Origin: Candidatus Zixiibacteriota bacterium
GTDB lineage: Bacteria; Zixibacteria; MSB-5A5; GN15; JAAZOE01
Direction: 5' to 3'
DNA length: 64,000 bases
Assembly: GCA_036480375.1 (NCBI GenBank)
Contig: JAZGGI010000021.1
Location: 10,083-74,082, forward strand
Below, piece after piece: positions 1 through 9,700 of this stretch. The position numbers and the translations under genes were made by a program. The stretch's first letter is position 1, and every line of letters begins with the position of its first letter. The notes under the pieces were generated by a model, which ran no database searches, was not told the DNA's origin, and saw only the letters and a list, made by a program, of their open reading frames with translations.

Positions 1-213
1 GGAGACTATTCGGATTTATTATATGATAACGCGCGGGTTGGAATCGCTTATCGTAGCCGCGAAAACATCAAGCCGATTTTTATTTCGCCCGGGCATCTTT
101 GCGATGTGAGCGGGGCCGGGGAAATCGTTACTCGGTGTATAAGCCGATATCGAATGCCGGAGCCTTTGCGGGCGGCTCATAAGTTAGTGGGGGAAAGAAA
201 ACGAGAACTATAA
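1..213 (+). CDS. nfi: Endonuclease V, C-terminal fragment (5' end outside the window)
   Basis: Frame 1 is open from the window edge to TAA at 211-213. The translation ...NIKPIFISPGHLCDV...ISRYRMPEPLRAAHKLV matches the conserved endonuclease V C-terminus (PIxVSxGH ... PEPxRxAH). Confidence 0.6.
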   Translation, partial: GDYSDLLYDNARVGIAYRSRENIKPIFISPGHLCDVSGAGEIVTRCISRYRMPEPLRAAHKLVGERKREL

Positions 214-235
214 TTTTCTATCATGGAGCAGGCGA

Positions 236-1450
236 ATGAAAAATCCCCCAAAACTATTTTCCGATTTTCAACGGGATGGTTTGAAAATAACCGATTCGAT
301 AATAAAGCTGCGACGGTGGCTGCATCAAAATCCGGAAATCGGGCATCAGGAATTTAATACGACTAAAAAATTAAAAGCTGAATTTAAGAAACTAAAATTG
401 AGGATAAAAGATGATTATGCCTCAACCGGTTTGTGGGCGGAACTGGACACGGGACAAAAAGGCCCGACGGTCGCCGTACGAACCGATATTGACGCCTTAC
501 CCATCCAGGAGCGAACAAATTTACCTTTTGCCTCTAAAAAAGCGGGTTTTAGCCATGTTTGCGGCCATGATATTCATGCCGCCGCGCTGATTGGAACCGC
601 GCGGCTGCTTGTCAAACACAAAAGGTATCTCCGCGGTAAAATAAAATTCATCTGTCAACCGGCCGAAGAGGTTCCTCCCGGCGGAGCCCGGCCGCTGATT
701 AAAGCGGGAGTGCTCAAAAATCCGAAAGTTGACGTCATCCTCGCTCTCCATACCGATCCCACTATACCGGTCGGCTCGATTGGACTTCGCGACGGTGTCA
801 CGATGGCCGCGACTTTTGATTTTAATATTCGCGTCATCGGGAAAACCGGCCATGCCGCTTTGCCGCATAAATCTCTCGATGCCATAACCGTATCGGCGGA
901 GATTATATCGGGAATACAACAGGTTGTCTCGCGCATGGTCGATCCGATCGTACCCGTCGCGGTGACATTCGGGACGATTGAAGGCGGGACCGTACGTAAT
1001 GGCATTGCCGGGGAGGTTTTGCTAAAAGGTACGGCGCGTTCATTAAGTCCGGCCTATGCCAAGAAGCTTCCGTCGCTGATAAAGCGTACGGCCGTTAATA
1101 TCGCACGCGCATTCGGTGCAAAAGCTCAGTTTATTCCGCTCGCTGATTATCCTCTTTTTGCGTCCGACAAAACCGTAAATAATTTTATAGCCCGGTCATT
1201 TAAGACCGTATATCCAAATGGAAGGATTATGGAAATTTCTCAGTTTCTGGGGGGCGAAGATTTCGCCTGTTATCTGGAAAAAGTTCCCGGATCAATGATC
1301 TGGCTGGGTGTGAAAAATAAAAAGATCGGAGCCGATAAACCCTGGCATCATCCGGCCTTTATCGCCGATGAGAGAGCGTTGTCAGTCGGATACATTACCA
1401 TGGCTTCCGCCGTTGCCAATATATTGAATAATTGGAAAGGTTCCCGCTAA
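236..1450 (+). CDS. M20 family amidohydrolase (N-acyl-L-amino acid amidohydrolase / hippurate hydrolase-like)
   Basis: 404-aa ORF with M20D-type motifs: HVCGHDIHAAALIG, CQPAEE, GGEDFA, WHHPAF. Confidence 0.8.
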   Translation: MKNPPKLFSDFQRDGLKITDSIIKLRRWLHQNPEIGHQEFNTTKKLKAEFKKLKLRIKDDYASTGLWAELDTGQKGPTVAVRTDIDALPIQERTNLPFASKKAGFSHVCGHDIHAAALIGTARLLVKHKRYLRGKIKFICQPAEEVPPGGARPLIKAGVLKNPKVDVILALHTDPTIPVGSIGLRDGVTMAATFDFNIRVIGKTGHAALPHKSLDAITVSAEIISGIQQVVSRMVDPIVPVAVTFGTIEGGTVRNGIAGEVLLKGTARSLSPAYAKKLPSLIKRTAVNIARAFGAKAQFIPLADYPLFASDKTVNNFIARSFKTVYPNGRIMEISQFLGGEDFACYLEKVPGSMIWLGVKNKKIGADKPWHHPAFIADERALSVGYITMASAVANILNNWKGSR

Positions 1451-2931
1451 TGCGATGTCGCACAGCTCGAATTGTTTTCATAATCTTAATTTTTTCCGCG
1501 GTAATTAGAGCCGATATACTTATCGATCAAATGACCTCCTGGACAAATTTTTCATTTATTACTTCCATCGCTCTCGGCCATGATGTCGTTTATTTCGGAA
1601 CCAGCGAAGGCATCCTGCGCTATAGCCGTATTGAGCATAGGTGGCATCCTCCGATAACCGTCTCAGACGGTCTGTCGGATCCTTATATTCATCGCCTGGC
1701 GGTAACGCCCGACGGCGAAGTCGTGACGGTTCAGACCAATGATGGCGTTTTCACCTATGATGTCATTGTCAAACATTGGTATCTCGAATCGGATTTCCCG
1801 GAAGATTTATTTGTCGATTCCCGGCCCCATCCACCGCTGCCTCTTTTTTTCATGCCTCTCGGGTTTCAAATGTCACCGAACGGATATATTGCCGACAATA
1901 ATTTTCGGGAATATCAAATCACGGCCTATCTGGATGACAATTTCAATACGATTTTCACCGGGACGTGGGGAATGGGGCCGATGCTGATCGATAATGATGA
2001 TTTTTCCGCGCACCTGATGCCGTACGGATTGCTCCAGAAACGAACCGACGTCATTTACATGGAGGGCGATTCCATCTGGCTGGGCGGCAATGGCGGCGAT
2101 CGATATTCCGATGAATTTCATACCCGGCTGGGCGTGACGCTTTATGAAAAATCGAAAGAGGAATTTACCTGGCTGGAACCGCGCTATATTTACGGTTTTG
2201 ATTCGGAAATTATTTTCGATATTGCCGGGGACAGGAATAATCTTTATTTTGCCGGTCTCAACGGCCTGACGATTCATAAACGCAATACCGATCAATATAT
2301 CACTCTCACTCGCCAGAACGGCCTGCCGCAAACCGAGGTGACGGCGCTGGCCGTCGCGCCCGATTCGGTATGGATCGGAACTTATCGAGGGTTGGCGTTC
2401 TATACTCCGTCGGCCGACACGATGGTCACCGTCAGCAAATCGATTCTGGGTAATCTTTTTATTACCGATCTGGAGTTGGCCGACCGCAAGCTCTTTATAG
2501 GTACGACCGACGGCGCTTTTTATATTGATTTTCGGACTCTCGATGTCGGCCGCCTGCAGGACCCGGAAGGCAACCTGGGGGGAGAGATTCGGCATATTTC
2601 AACGCACAAGAACGAAGTTATCATATCATCCAATTCCGGCGTCACGATAATAAATCTGATGACCGAAAAATCCGAACAGCTTCCCTTTATCGATTTTGCT
2701 CTCGGAGCCTATGCCGCTGTCGCCAATGATAAATATTTCGCTATTTCGGTTGAAGACGGCCTGTTGTTATTGACTCGTGATAAGGCGCCCAAACATAATC
2801 ATTTTGATATTGATGACGGGTTGCTTTCCAATCATATCAATGCCATTGTTCCCGACGGCGATTATCTCTGGCTCGGCAGCGAAGAAGGCCTGACGCGATT
2901 CAAATGGATAAATCCGGAGAGGGTGGATTGA
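1450..2931 (+). CDS. Secreted beta-propeller protein with two-component-regulator-propeller (Reg_prop)-like repeats
   Basis: The ATG at 1450 overlaps the upstream stop (TAATG) and gives a signal-peptide-like N-terminus, MRCRTARIVFIILIFSAVIRA. Blade motifs recur: VYFGTSEGILRY, LYFAGLNGLTIH, VWIGTYRGLAFY, LFIGTTDGAFYI, LWLGSEEGLTRF. Confidence 0.6.
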   Translation: MRCRTARIVFIILIFSAVIRADILIDQMTSWTNFSFITSIALGHDVVYFGTSEGILRYSRIEHRWHPPITVSDGLSDPYIHRLAVTPDGEVVTVQTNDGVFTYDVIVKHWYLESDFPEDLFVDSRPHPPLPLFFMPLGFQMSPNGYIADNNFREYQITAYLDDNFNTIFTGTWGMGPMLIDNDDFSAHLMPYGLLQKRTDVIYMEGDSIWLGGNGGDRYSDEFHTRLGVTLYEKSKEEFTWLEPRYIYGFDSEIIFDIAGDRNNLYFAGLNGLTIHKRNTDQYITLTRQNGLPQTEVTALAVAPDSVWIGTYRGLAFYTPSADTMVTVSKSILGNLFITDLELADRKLFIGTTDGAFYIDFRTLDVGRLQDPEGNLGGEIRHISTHKNEVIISSNSGVTIINLMTEKSEQLPFIDFALGAYAAVANDKYFAISVEDGLLLLTRDKAPKHNHFDIDDGLLSNHINAIVPDGDYLWLGSEEGLTRFKWINPERVD

Positions 2932-2937
2932 TAATTT

Positions 2938-2992
2938 GTAGATCGTAACCCATGCGGTTTCGACAATGCGACAACCCGAGGGTTGTCGCTAC
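2938..2992. repeat. REP-doublet-like element (GTAG + imperfect hairpin, then a perfect GC-rich hairpin + CTAC)
   Basis: GTAG at 2938-2941 is followed by the imperfect hairpin cgtaacc/ggtttcg. The hairpin gcgacaaccc-ga-gggttgtcgc at 2968-2989 is followed by CTAC (2989-2992). The head/tail logic matches the elements at 25.7 and 63.3 kb. Confidence 0.4.
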
Positions 2993-3256
2993 ACTGTTCC
3001 CGTGTTCCACGGAATCTCCTCACGATGACATGAGCTTTCGATTTTAATTCGTATCCCCCCCGTTTCGACAAAAATAACTTTACACCATCTCATAAATCCA
3101 TATATTACGCCGACAAAATAAAAAACGACACACCCCGCCGATTTTTCGGTTGGGGCTTTTTGTGCTTTTAAACAGGCGACCGCCTGCTCTCATTTTGAGA
3201 TAGAGGTGGTTGTGTATGCTGCGGTTCTTTTTCAAAGTGGTGAACAGATATAACAA

Positions 3257-6200
3257 GTGGGAATAATGGAAACAACAATGACCAAAAAGACAAAGAGAAC
3301 TCTGCCGTTTATTTTCAAAAAGATATTTACACAATCCGATAGATTTACACTGCTCACCAATGATATAAAAAATGCTTTTGCAAATCAAAATAACGACGCG
3401 GCAATAAATGATAAAAATCATATAAACTTGACCGGTTTGGGCGGCGGCGGAACGGCCTATCTTTTGGCCGGGCTGTACGAAAAGATATCTGGTAATATCC
3501 TGTATGTGACTTCCACCTTTGATGAAGCGCAAAACCTCAATGACGATTTGATCAATCTTATCGGTGAAGATGCCGTTGAGTTCTTCCCCGGTCGTCAGAT
3601 TCCTCCGTATGAATTTCGTTCGCCATCGGGCGAGATAACAGGCCGCAGGTTATCTGCCTTATCAGCCTTGAACAATAATCATAAATCAATCATTGTCGCG
3701 ACCGCTCCGGCGATAATCGAACCGACGGTAGCCAAAGAAACTTTTGAAGCCGAATCACTGCATCTCCGCGTCGGCCTCGAACTCGATCCGAATGAATTGG
3801 CGTTGCGGCTCATCACACTCGGATTCAACCGTGTCGATACCGTTGAGGAAGTCGGCGATTTTGCCGTTCGCGGAGGGTTAATCGATTTCTTTTCGCCGTC
3901 GCACGAGCTACCGATTCGAGCTGAGTTTTTTGGCGATGAGATAGAGTCGCTTCGTCATTTCGATGTTCGCGACCAGCGCACGATAGAAAAATTCGATTCC
4001 ATTGATTTATTGCCTCGCCGCGAAGTTCCCATTAGAGCGGAAACGATTGAAGATCACCTTGAAAAACTGCATGCAAAAGACGCTGATCTGATCCGTGCCC
4101 GATTTCTATCCGAGCCGGACTTGCCCGGTCTGGAATGGCTCGCGGCCGCCTTCGGGATCGCTCGCGGTTCGGTTCTCGATTATCTGAAAGAGGATACTCT
4201 GATAATCCTCGACGGCGGCAGCGCTCTTCTGGGCGATATGAAAGACGCCTACGAAACCGGATCGGAACATTATGATAAAGCAAAAAACCGTTTAGTTAAA
4301 CCTCCCGAAATCGACACTTATTACTACACTCCCGAAGCGCAGTATCATCGCCTGACCAAAAACGTTTGCTGTATTATCCATCCTTTTCGTTCCAGGGAAA
4401 ATGCCCGCTTCGATTTCGGATGCGCCGAACATCCGGCTATCGGCAGCCGCCTTGACTATCTATCCGAAGTCATCGAAAAATACAAAAATCAGGGATACCA
4501 AACCGTCATCACCTGCGACAATAAGGGCCAGGCCGAACGGTTGGCCGAAATTTTGGGCGAGAGAAAAATCAATGTCCCTGTTGAAGTCTTTCACATCCAT
4601 GCCGGGTTCGTCTCGGATGAACTAAAATTCGCTCTTCTAACCGACCATCAGATATTCTCTCGCCGCTTCCGCCGCATCAAACGCCGCCGTTACAAAGAAG
4701 GCGTCGCCCTGACGTCGTATTCAAATCTGAACCAGGGAGATATCGTCGTGCACGCCGATTATGGCCTGGCGCGCTTTTCCAAACTGGAATCAATCACCGT
4801 GGACAGCCGCACCCGCGATTGCCTCCTTTTGATTTACAAAGACGGCGACAAACTGTACGTCCCGATTGAAGAATTCAACCGGGTTTCCAAATATGCCGGC
4901 AAAGACGCCAAACCAAAACTGACCAGCCTCGGTTCGCCAGCCTGGGAAAAAGTAAAGAAGCGAACCAAAAAAGCGCTGGCGGACATGGCCGAGGAATTGT
5001 TGAAATTATACGCCGAGCGGAAAATGAAACCGGGATTCAAATTCGATGAGGATACCGTCTGGCAAAAACAACTCGAGGCTTCGTTTGCCTACGAAGAAAC
5101 TCCCGACCAGATGAAAGCCATCAACGACGTCAAGCGCGATATGCAGACCGATAATCCGGCCGACCGTCTCGTGTGCGGGGATGTCGGATACGGCAAAACC
5201 GAAGTCGCCGTGCGGGCCGCCTTCAAAGCGGTTGAAAACGGTAAGCAGGTAGCGGTACTCGTACCCACGACGATTCTGGCGCAGCAACATTTCAGTACTT
5301 TTTCAAAACGGCTTAAAGAATTCCCGATGCGGATTGAAGTGCTATCACGATTCAAAACCCGAAAAGAGCAGAAAGCGATTATAGAAGATATCGCCGGGGG
5401 TAAGGTCGATATCGTCATCGGGACGCATCGCCTGCTTTCCAAAGATATCTTTTTTGCCGACCTGTGTCTTCTGATCGTTGACGAGGAGCAGCGGTTTGGC
5501 GTGGCGCATAAGGAAAAACTACGCAAACTCAAACAAAATGTCGATACCATTACGCTGACGGCGACGCCGATTCCGCGCACTCTCCAGCTTTCGATGATGG
5601 GCGCGCGCGATATGTCGCTTATCAATACTTCGCCGCGCGACCGCCTTCCGATTCAGACCGAAATTATTGAATTCAATCCTCAGCTTATGGCCGAGGCGAT
5701 CCTGCGTGAAATCGACCGCGATGGCCAGGTTTATTTTGTGCATAACCGCGTGCAGACGATTGAGGCGATGTATCGCTATCTCAAAAAATTCCTGCCGCAG
5801 GTCGAAATCGCCATCGCGCACGGACAGATGCATGAGAGGGAACTGGAAGGCGTCATGCTCGCTTATCTGGCCGGGCGGTTTCAGGTACTGCTGTGCACCT
5901 CGATTATTGAATCGGGTCTCGATATCCCCCGGGTCAATACTATTATAATCAACCGCGCCGACCGTTTTGGTCTGGCACAGCTTTATCAACTCCGGGGACG
6001 AGTCGGGCGTTCGCCCCGGCGAGCTTACGCCTATCTGGTGACCCCGCCGTATCGCCTGATGTCCAACGATGCCCGCAAGCGGATGCGGGCGATTGAAGCC
6101 CATTCCGATCTCGGCTCGGGTTTCGCCTTGGCGATGCGCGATCTGGAAATCCGAGGCGCCGGGCAGATCCTGGGCAAAAAACAATCGGGTTTTATCGAGG

Positions 6201-6724
6201 ATATTGGATTCGATTTATATACCAAACTTCTTGAAGAAGCCGTTGCCGAACTCAAGGGCGAAAAAATCGAACGCCTGCCGGACACCAAACTGGAAGGCAA
6301 ACTCGATTTATATCTGTCCGATGATTACGTCAATATCAAACAGCAGAAAGTCGATATCTACCGGCGGCTGGCCGACTGCGTCAAGCTCGACCAGATTGAA
6401 AAAATCAGGGAAGAGGTCGAAGACCGCTTCGGGAAGATGCCCGCCAAGGCCGAAGAATTTTTTGATGCTACGGCGCTTCGGTTAATGGCGGCGATATGCG
6501 GCGTTGAGCGCGTCATCGTCAATAACTTGAGAATAAAAATCGAATTTCCACCTTCGCTTGAAGTCACCCGGCCGTTTATTGAGCAAATCCGCAAAGCCAT
6601 TGACGCCCCGGTCGAATTTTCCCTGACCGGTAATTTCAACATCACCGTTGATTTGTCAAGCATCAACGCCAAAGACAGATTGAAATACATGAAAAAAGCG
6701 CTTGGGGAGATAGGGGTGAGGTAG
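3257..6724 (+). CDS. mfd: Transcription-repair coupling factor Mfd
   Basis: 1155-aa ORF. It has a UvrB-homology N-terminal region, a CarD/RNAP-interacting region (GDIVVHADYGLARF), and superfamily-2 translocase motifs (GDVGYGKTEVA, DEEQRFG, TATPIPRT, QLRGRVGR). The true start may be the ATG at 3266. Confidence 0.95.
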   Translation: MGIMETTMTKKTKRTLPFIFKKIFTQSDRFTLLTNDIKNAFANQNNDAAINDKNHINLTGLGGGGTAYLLAGLYEKISGNILYVTSTFDEAQNLNDDLINLIGEDAVEFFPGRQIPPYEFRSPSGEITGRRLSALSALNNNHKSIIVATAPAIIEPTVAKETFEAESLHLRVGLELDPNELALRLITLGFNRVDTVEEVGDFAVRGGLIDFFSPSHELPIRAEFFGDEIESLRHFDVRDQRTIEKFDSIDLLPRREVPIRAETIEDHLEKLHAKDADLIRARFLSEPDLPGLEWLAAAFGIARGSVLDYLKEDTLIILDGGSALLGDMKDAYETGSEHYDKAKNRLVKPPEIDTYYYTPEAQYHRLTKNVCCIIHPFRSRENARFDFGCAEHPAIGSRLDYLSEVIEKYKNQGYQTVITCDNKGQAERLAEILGERKINVPVEVFHIHAGFVSDELKFALLTDHQIFSRRFRRIKRRRYKEGVALTSYSNLNQGDIVVHADYGLARFSKLESITVDSRTRDCLLLIYKDGDKLYVPIEEFNRVSKYAGKDAKPKLTSLGSPAWEKVKKRTKKALADMAEELLKLYAERKMKPGFKFDEDTVWQKQLEASFAYEETPDQMKAINDVKRDMQTDNPADRLVCGDVGYGKTEVAVRAAFKAVENGKQVAVLVPTTILAQQHFSTFSKRLKEFPMRIEVLSRFKTRKEQKAIIEDIAGGKVDIVIGTHRLLSKDIFFADLCLLIVDEEQRFGVAHKEKLRKLKQNVDTITLTATPIPRTLQLSMMGARDMSLINTSPRDRLPIQTEIIEFNPQLMAEAILREIDRDGQVYFVHNRVQTIEAMYRYLKKFLPQVEIAIAHGQMHERELEGVMLAYLAGRFQVLLCTSIIESGLDIPRVNTIIINRADRFGLAQLYQLRGRVGRSPRRAYAYLVTPPYRLMSNDARKRMRAIEAHSDLGSGFALAMRDLEIRGAGQILGKKQSGFIEDIGFDLYTKLLEEAVAELKGEKIERLPDTKLEGKLDLYLSDDYVNIKQQKVDIYRRLADCVKLDQIEKIREEVEDRFGKMPAKAEEFFDATALRLMAAICGVERVIVNNLRIKIEFPPSLEVTRPFIEQIRKAIDAPVEFSLTGNFNITVDLSSINAKDRLKYMKKALGEIGVR

Positions 6725-6747
6725 ATTTCTACGCAGTTCAAGCTTCG

Positions 6748-9700
6748 CTATTTTTTATCAGTTGCCTCGTCTTCATTATTATTCACATCGAATAATGCCA
6801 ATAATTTTCTAATTTCCTGTTCATCAGGGTATTTATTGGCCAATTCATTCAGCTCTTCATACAATTGTTGCACCTGCTCAAGCTCTCCCTTATTACCGTA
6901 AATAGTAATCAAATTGTAGGCGCCTTTTGCCTGTTCCAGTCTTATTTCCGGCTCATCAGAGTACTTATCGGCCAGCGCCCCCAGCTCATCATATAATTTC
7001 CGCGCCTTCGCAACCTCACCCATATTGGCGTAAGCGAAAATCAAATTGTAGGCGCCTTGCGCCTGTCTCAGTCTTATTTCCGGCTCATCGGGGTAATTAC
7101 CGGCCAGCGCCCCCAGCTCATCATATAATTTCCGCGTCTTCGCAACCTCACCCATATTGGCGTAAGCGAAAATCAAATTGTAGGCGCATTTTGCCTGTGC
7201 CAGTCTTATTTCCGGACCATCGTATTTGTCGGACAGAGCCGAAAGATCGTCATATATTTCCTGAGCCTTGGCAAACTTTTCCTTTTTATAGTAATAAATT
7301 GTCAAATTGTAGGCGCCTCGTGCATGTGTCAGTCTTATTTCCTGTTCATCGGGATATTTACCGGCCAGCGCCGCCAGCTCATCATATAATTCCCGCGCCT
7401 GCTCAACCTCTCCCTTATTACCGTAAGCCAATATCAAATTGGCGGCGCCTTGTGCCCGTGCCAGTCTTATTTCCTGTTCATCGGGGCACTTACCGGCCAG
7501 CGCCGCCAGCTCATCATATAATTTCCGCGCCTGAGCAACCTCTCCCTTATTGCCGTAAGCTGAAATCAAATTGACGGCGCCTTTTGCCCGTGCCGGTCTT
7601 ATTTCCGGTTCATCGGGGTATTTACCGGCCAGGGCCGCCAGCTCATCATATAATTTCCGCGCCTGCGACAACTCATCCTTATTGCCGTAAGCTAAAATCA
7701 AATTGTAGGCGCCTTTTGCATGTATCAGTCTTATTTCCTGTTCATCGGGGTAACTACCTGCCAGCGCCGCCAGCTCATCATATAATTCCCGCGCCTGCGG
7801 AAGCTTACCCTTATTGGCGTAATCATTAATCAAATTGAAGGCGCCTTTTGCCTGTTCCAGTCTTATTTCCGGCTCATCAGAGTACTTACCTGCCAGCGTT
7901 GCCAGCTCATTATACAACTGTGCCGCCTGCGCAATCTCACCCTTATTGGCGTAAGCTGCAATCAAATTGACAGTGCCTTGTGCCCGTGCCAGCCTTATTT
8001 CCGGCTCATCGGGGTATTTACCGGCGAGGGCCGCCAGCTCATCATATAATTCCCGCGCCTGCGGAAGCTCATCCTTATTGGCGCAAATGGTAATCAAATT
8101 GACGGTGCCTTTTGCCCGTGATTTACGAATCAAGGAGGAATCTTTATACCGGGTCGCGAGAGTTTTTAAATCCTCGTAGTAGGATCGTGATTGTTCCAGT
8201 GAGAATTTTGCGCCGCCGTAATATAGAATATTGATTGCCAAAATTGACCAGAGAGTTGTCTCCTCTTCGGAGCGGTCCGCACATTTCAGGATATGGGCAA
8301 GAATCTTATGATCATGAAAATCTCTGATACATCGGTTTAAAAAGTCCGCAAAACCGGACGGGGAGATTTTCCATGCAATCCGCCGCATTTTTTCGGCAAT
8401 ATTATTAAGTTCCGGATGACCGCTGTCCAGGTGCTTAAGAACAAAATACTCGCCGATGATATCGGGTTCCAGCGGCGGCAGAGTGTCGCTTATCCGACTG
8501 CCCGACATTTTTTCAAATTTCTCAGTATTAAAATTCGCGGGAGATGGAAGTGATAAATCACTGTCGTTATTTTTAAGATATGCAATTGGAAGATGCCCGG
8601 TCATAGTCGCCAATGCCAGCAGATTCTTATAGGTTTGGCCTTCGTCGCCCAATAGCCAGAACTCATTTTCTTCCCGCTCCAGCACATCGTCCAGCAGACG
8701 GGTTTTATCCCATGCGTAAATATCCTGATTATGCACGACCGCTTCAGCCGCGAGAGTTCCGTACAACGGACGGCATTCGGGATCTATTTTCCTCAGTGAT
8801 TGTAAAAATTCGGATTTATTCGGTAGGGTCTTATTATGGCCCTTGATTACAAAAGACGCCAGGCCCCAAACGTCATCTTCCGAAAAAGAAGGCAAATTGA
8901 GCGGTTCGTCAAAACGGATCTCTTCAATTATGTACTTTGAACTGCCGCTTCCCAGGAATTTATCGTACCATTGACCCTCGGCGTCTCTCTCCAGTATCAA
9001 AAATCTGACAGGGCATGGAAAAGGTTTATTTCGCTGCGCCAAAGACAGGATAGCGGAACGAACATCGGAAGTTCGTTTGGCGGCATAGTCGATTATGATA
9101 AGCGTGGGCCCGTCCGGTTCCCAATCCACCCAGTCGGCGAATTTGTTAGATTCCGGAAGAAAGCCAACCCGCCACGGTTGGCCATTTCTTAAACAAAACT
9201 CCAGCGCCAGGCGGCTTTTACCCATTCCGCCGGATCCGATTGCAATCCACCACGAAAATGCTTTTGGAGCGTTAAGAAAATCCTGCAAACGATTTTTTTC
9301 ATACTCCCTGCCAATAAAAGGTACGCGGCGGGCTCTGAAATTGAGCCGGGATGCAGGCGCCACGGATAACAGTTTCAGTTCCAGGGAAGGTTGAGGACGT
9401 ATAACCGATTCCAAATCAGCAATCAGATTTTTCAGGTCGGTTTTTATTTCGTCAGTATCGGATAGTGTCTTGAGTGTAGTTCTCAATTCGGCGGACAGAG
9501 CATCGCCGAATTCCGCGTCTCGCACCGGACGCTCTCCTGATAATATCTTTTCCAGTAATTGGCGGTCCTGGTTTTTATTATCCAGTGTGGATTTTAATTT
9601 CATTACCTGCCCGGCGATCTCATTATAGTAGGGCACCTTTTGAACAATTTTACTTAATCGTTCGGTGGCATTTTTCGACAGCCATTTTCCGGCTACGCCC

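Noticed and set aside
6927-7829. Long plus-strand ORFs (215 aa and 81 aa) with their own striking repeats (PVPVLFPxHRGxYRPAPPAHHIISAP...).
   Set aside because: They are the antisense reading of the 132-bp tandem repeat inside the STAND gene. The periodicity and lack of stops are inherited from the sense-strand repeat. They have no independent start context, and the sense frame carries the recognisable NTPase continuation.
6751-8190. Regularly spaced repeats, considered as a possible CRISPR array.
   Set aside because: The period is 132 bp with no unique spacers; the whole unit is conserved. The array lies in frame inside a long ORF, and no cas genes are present.
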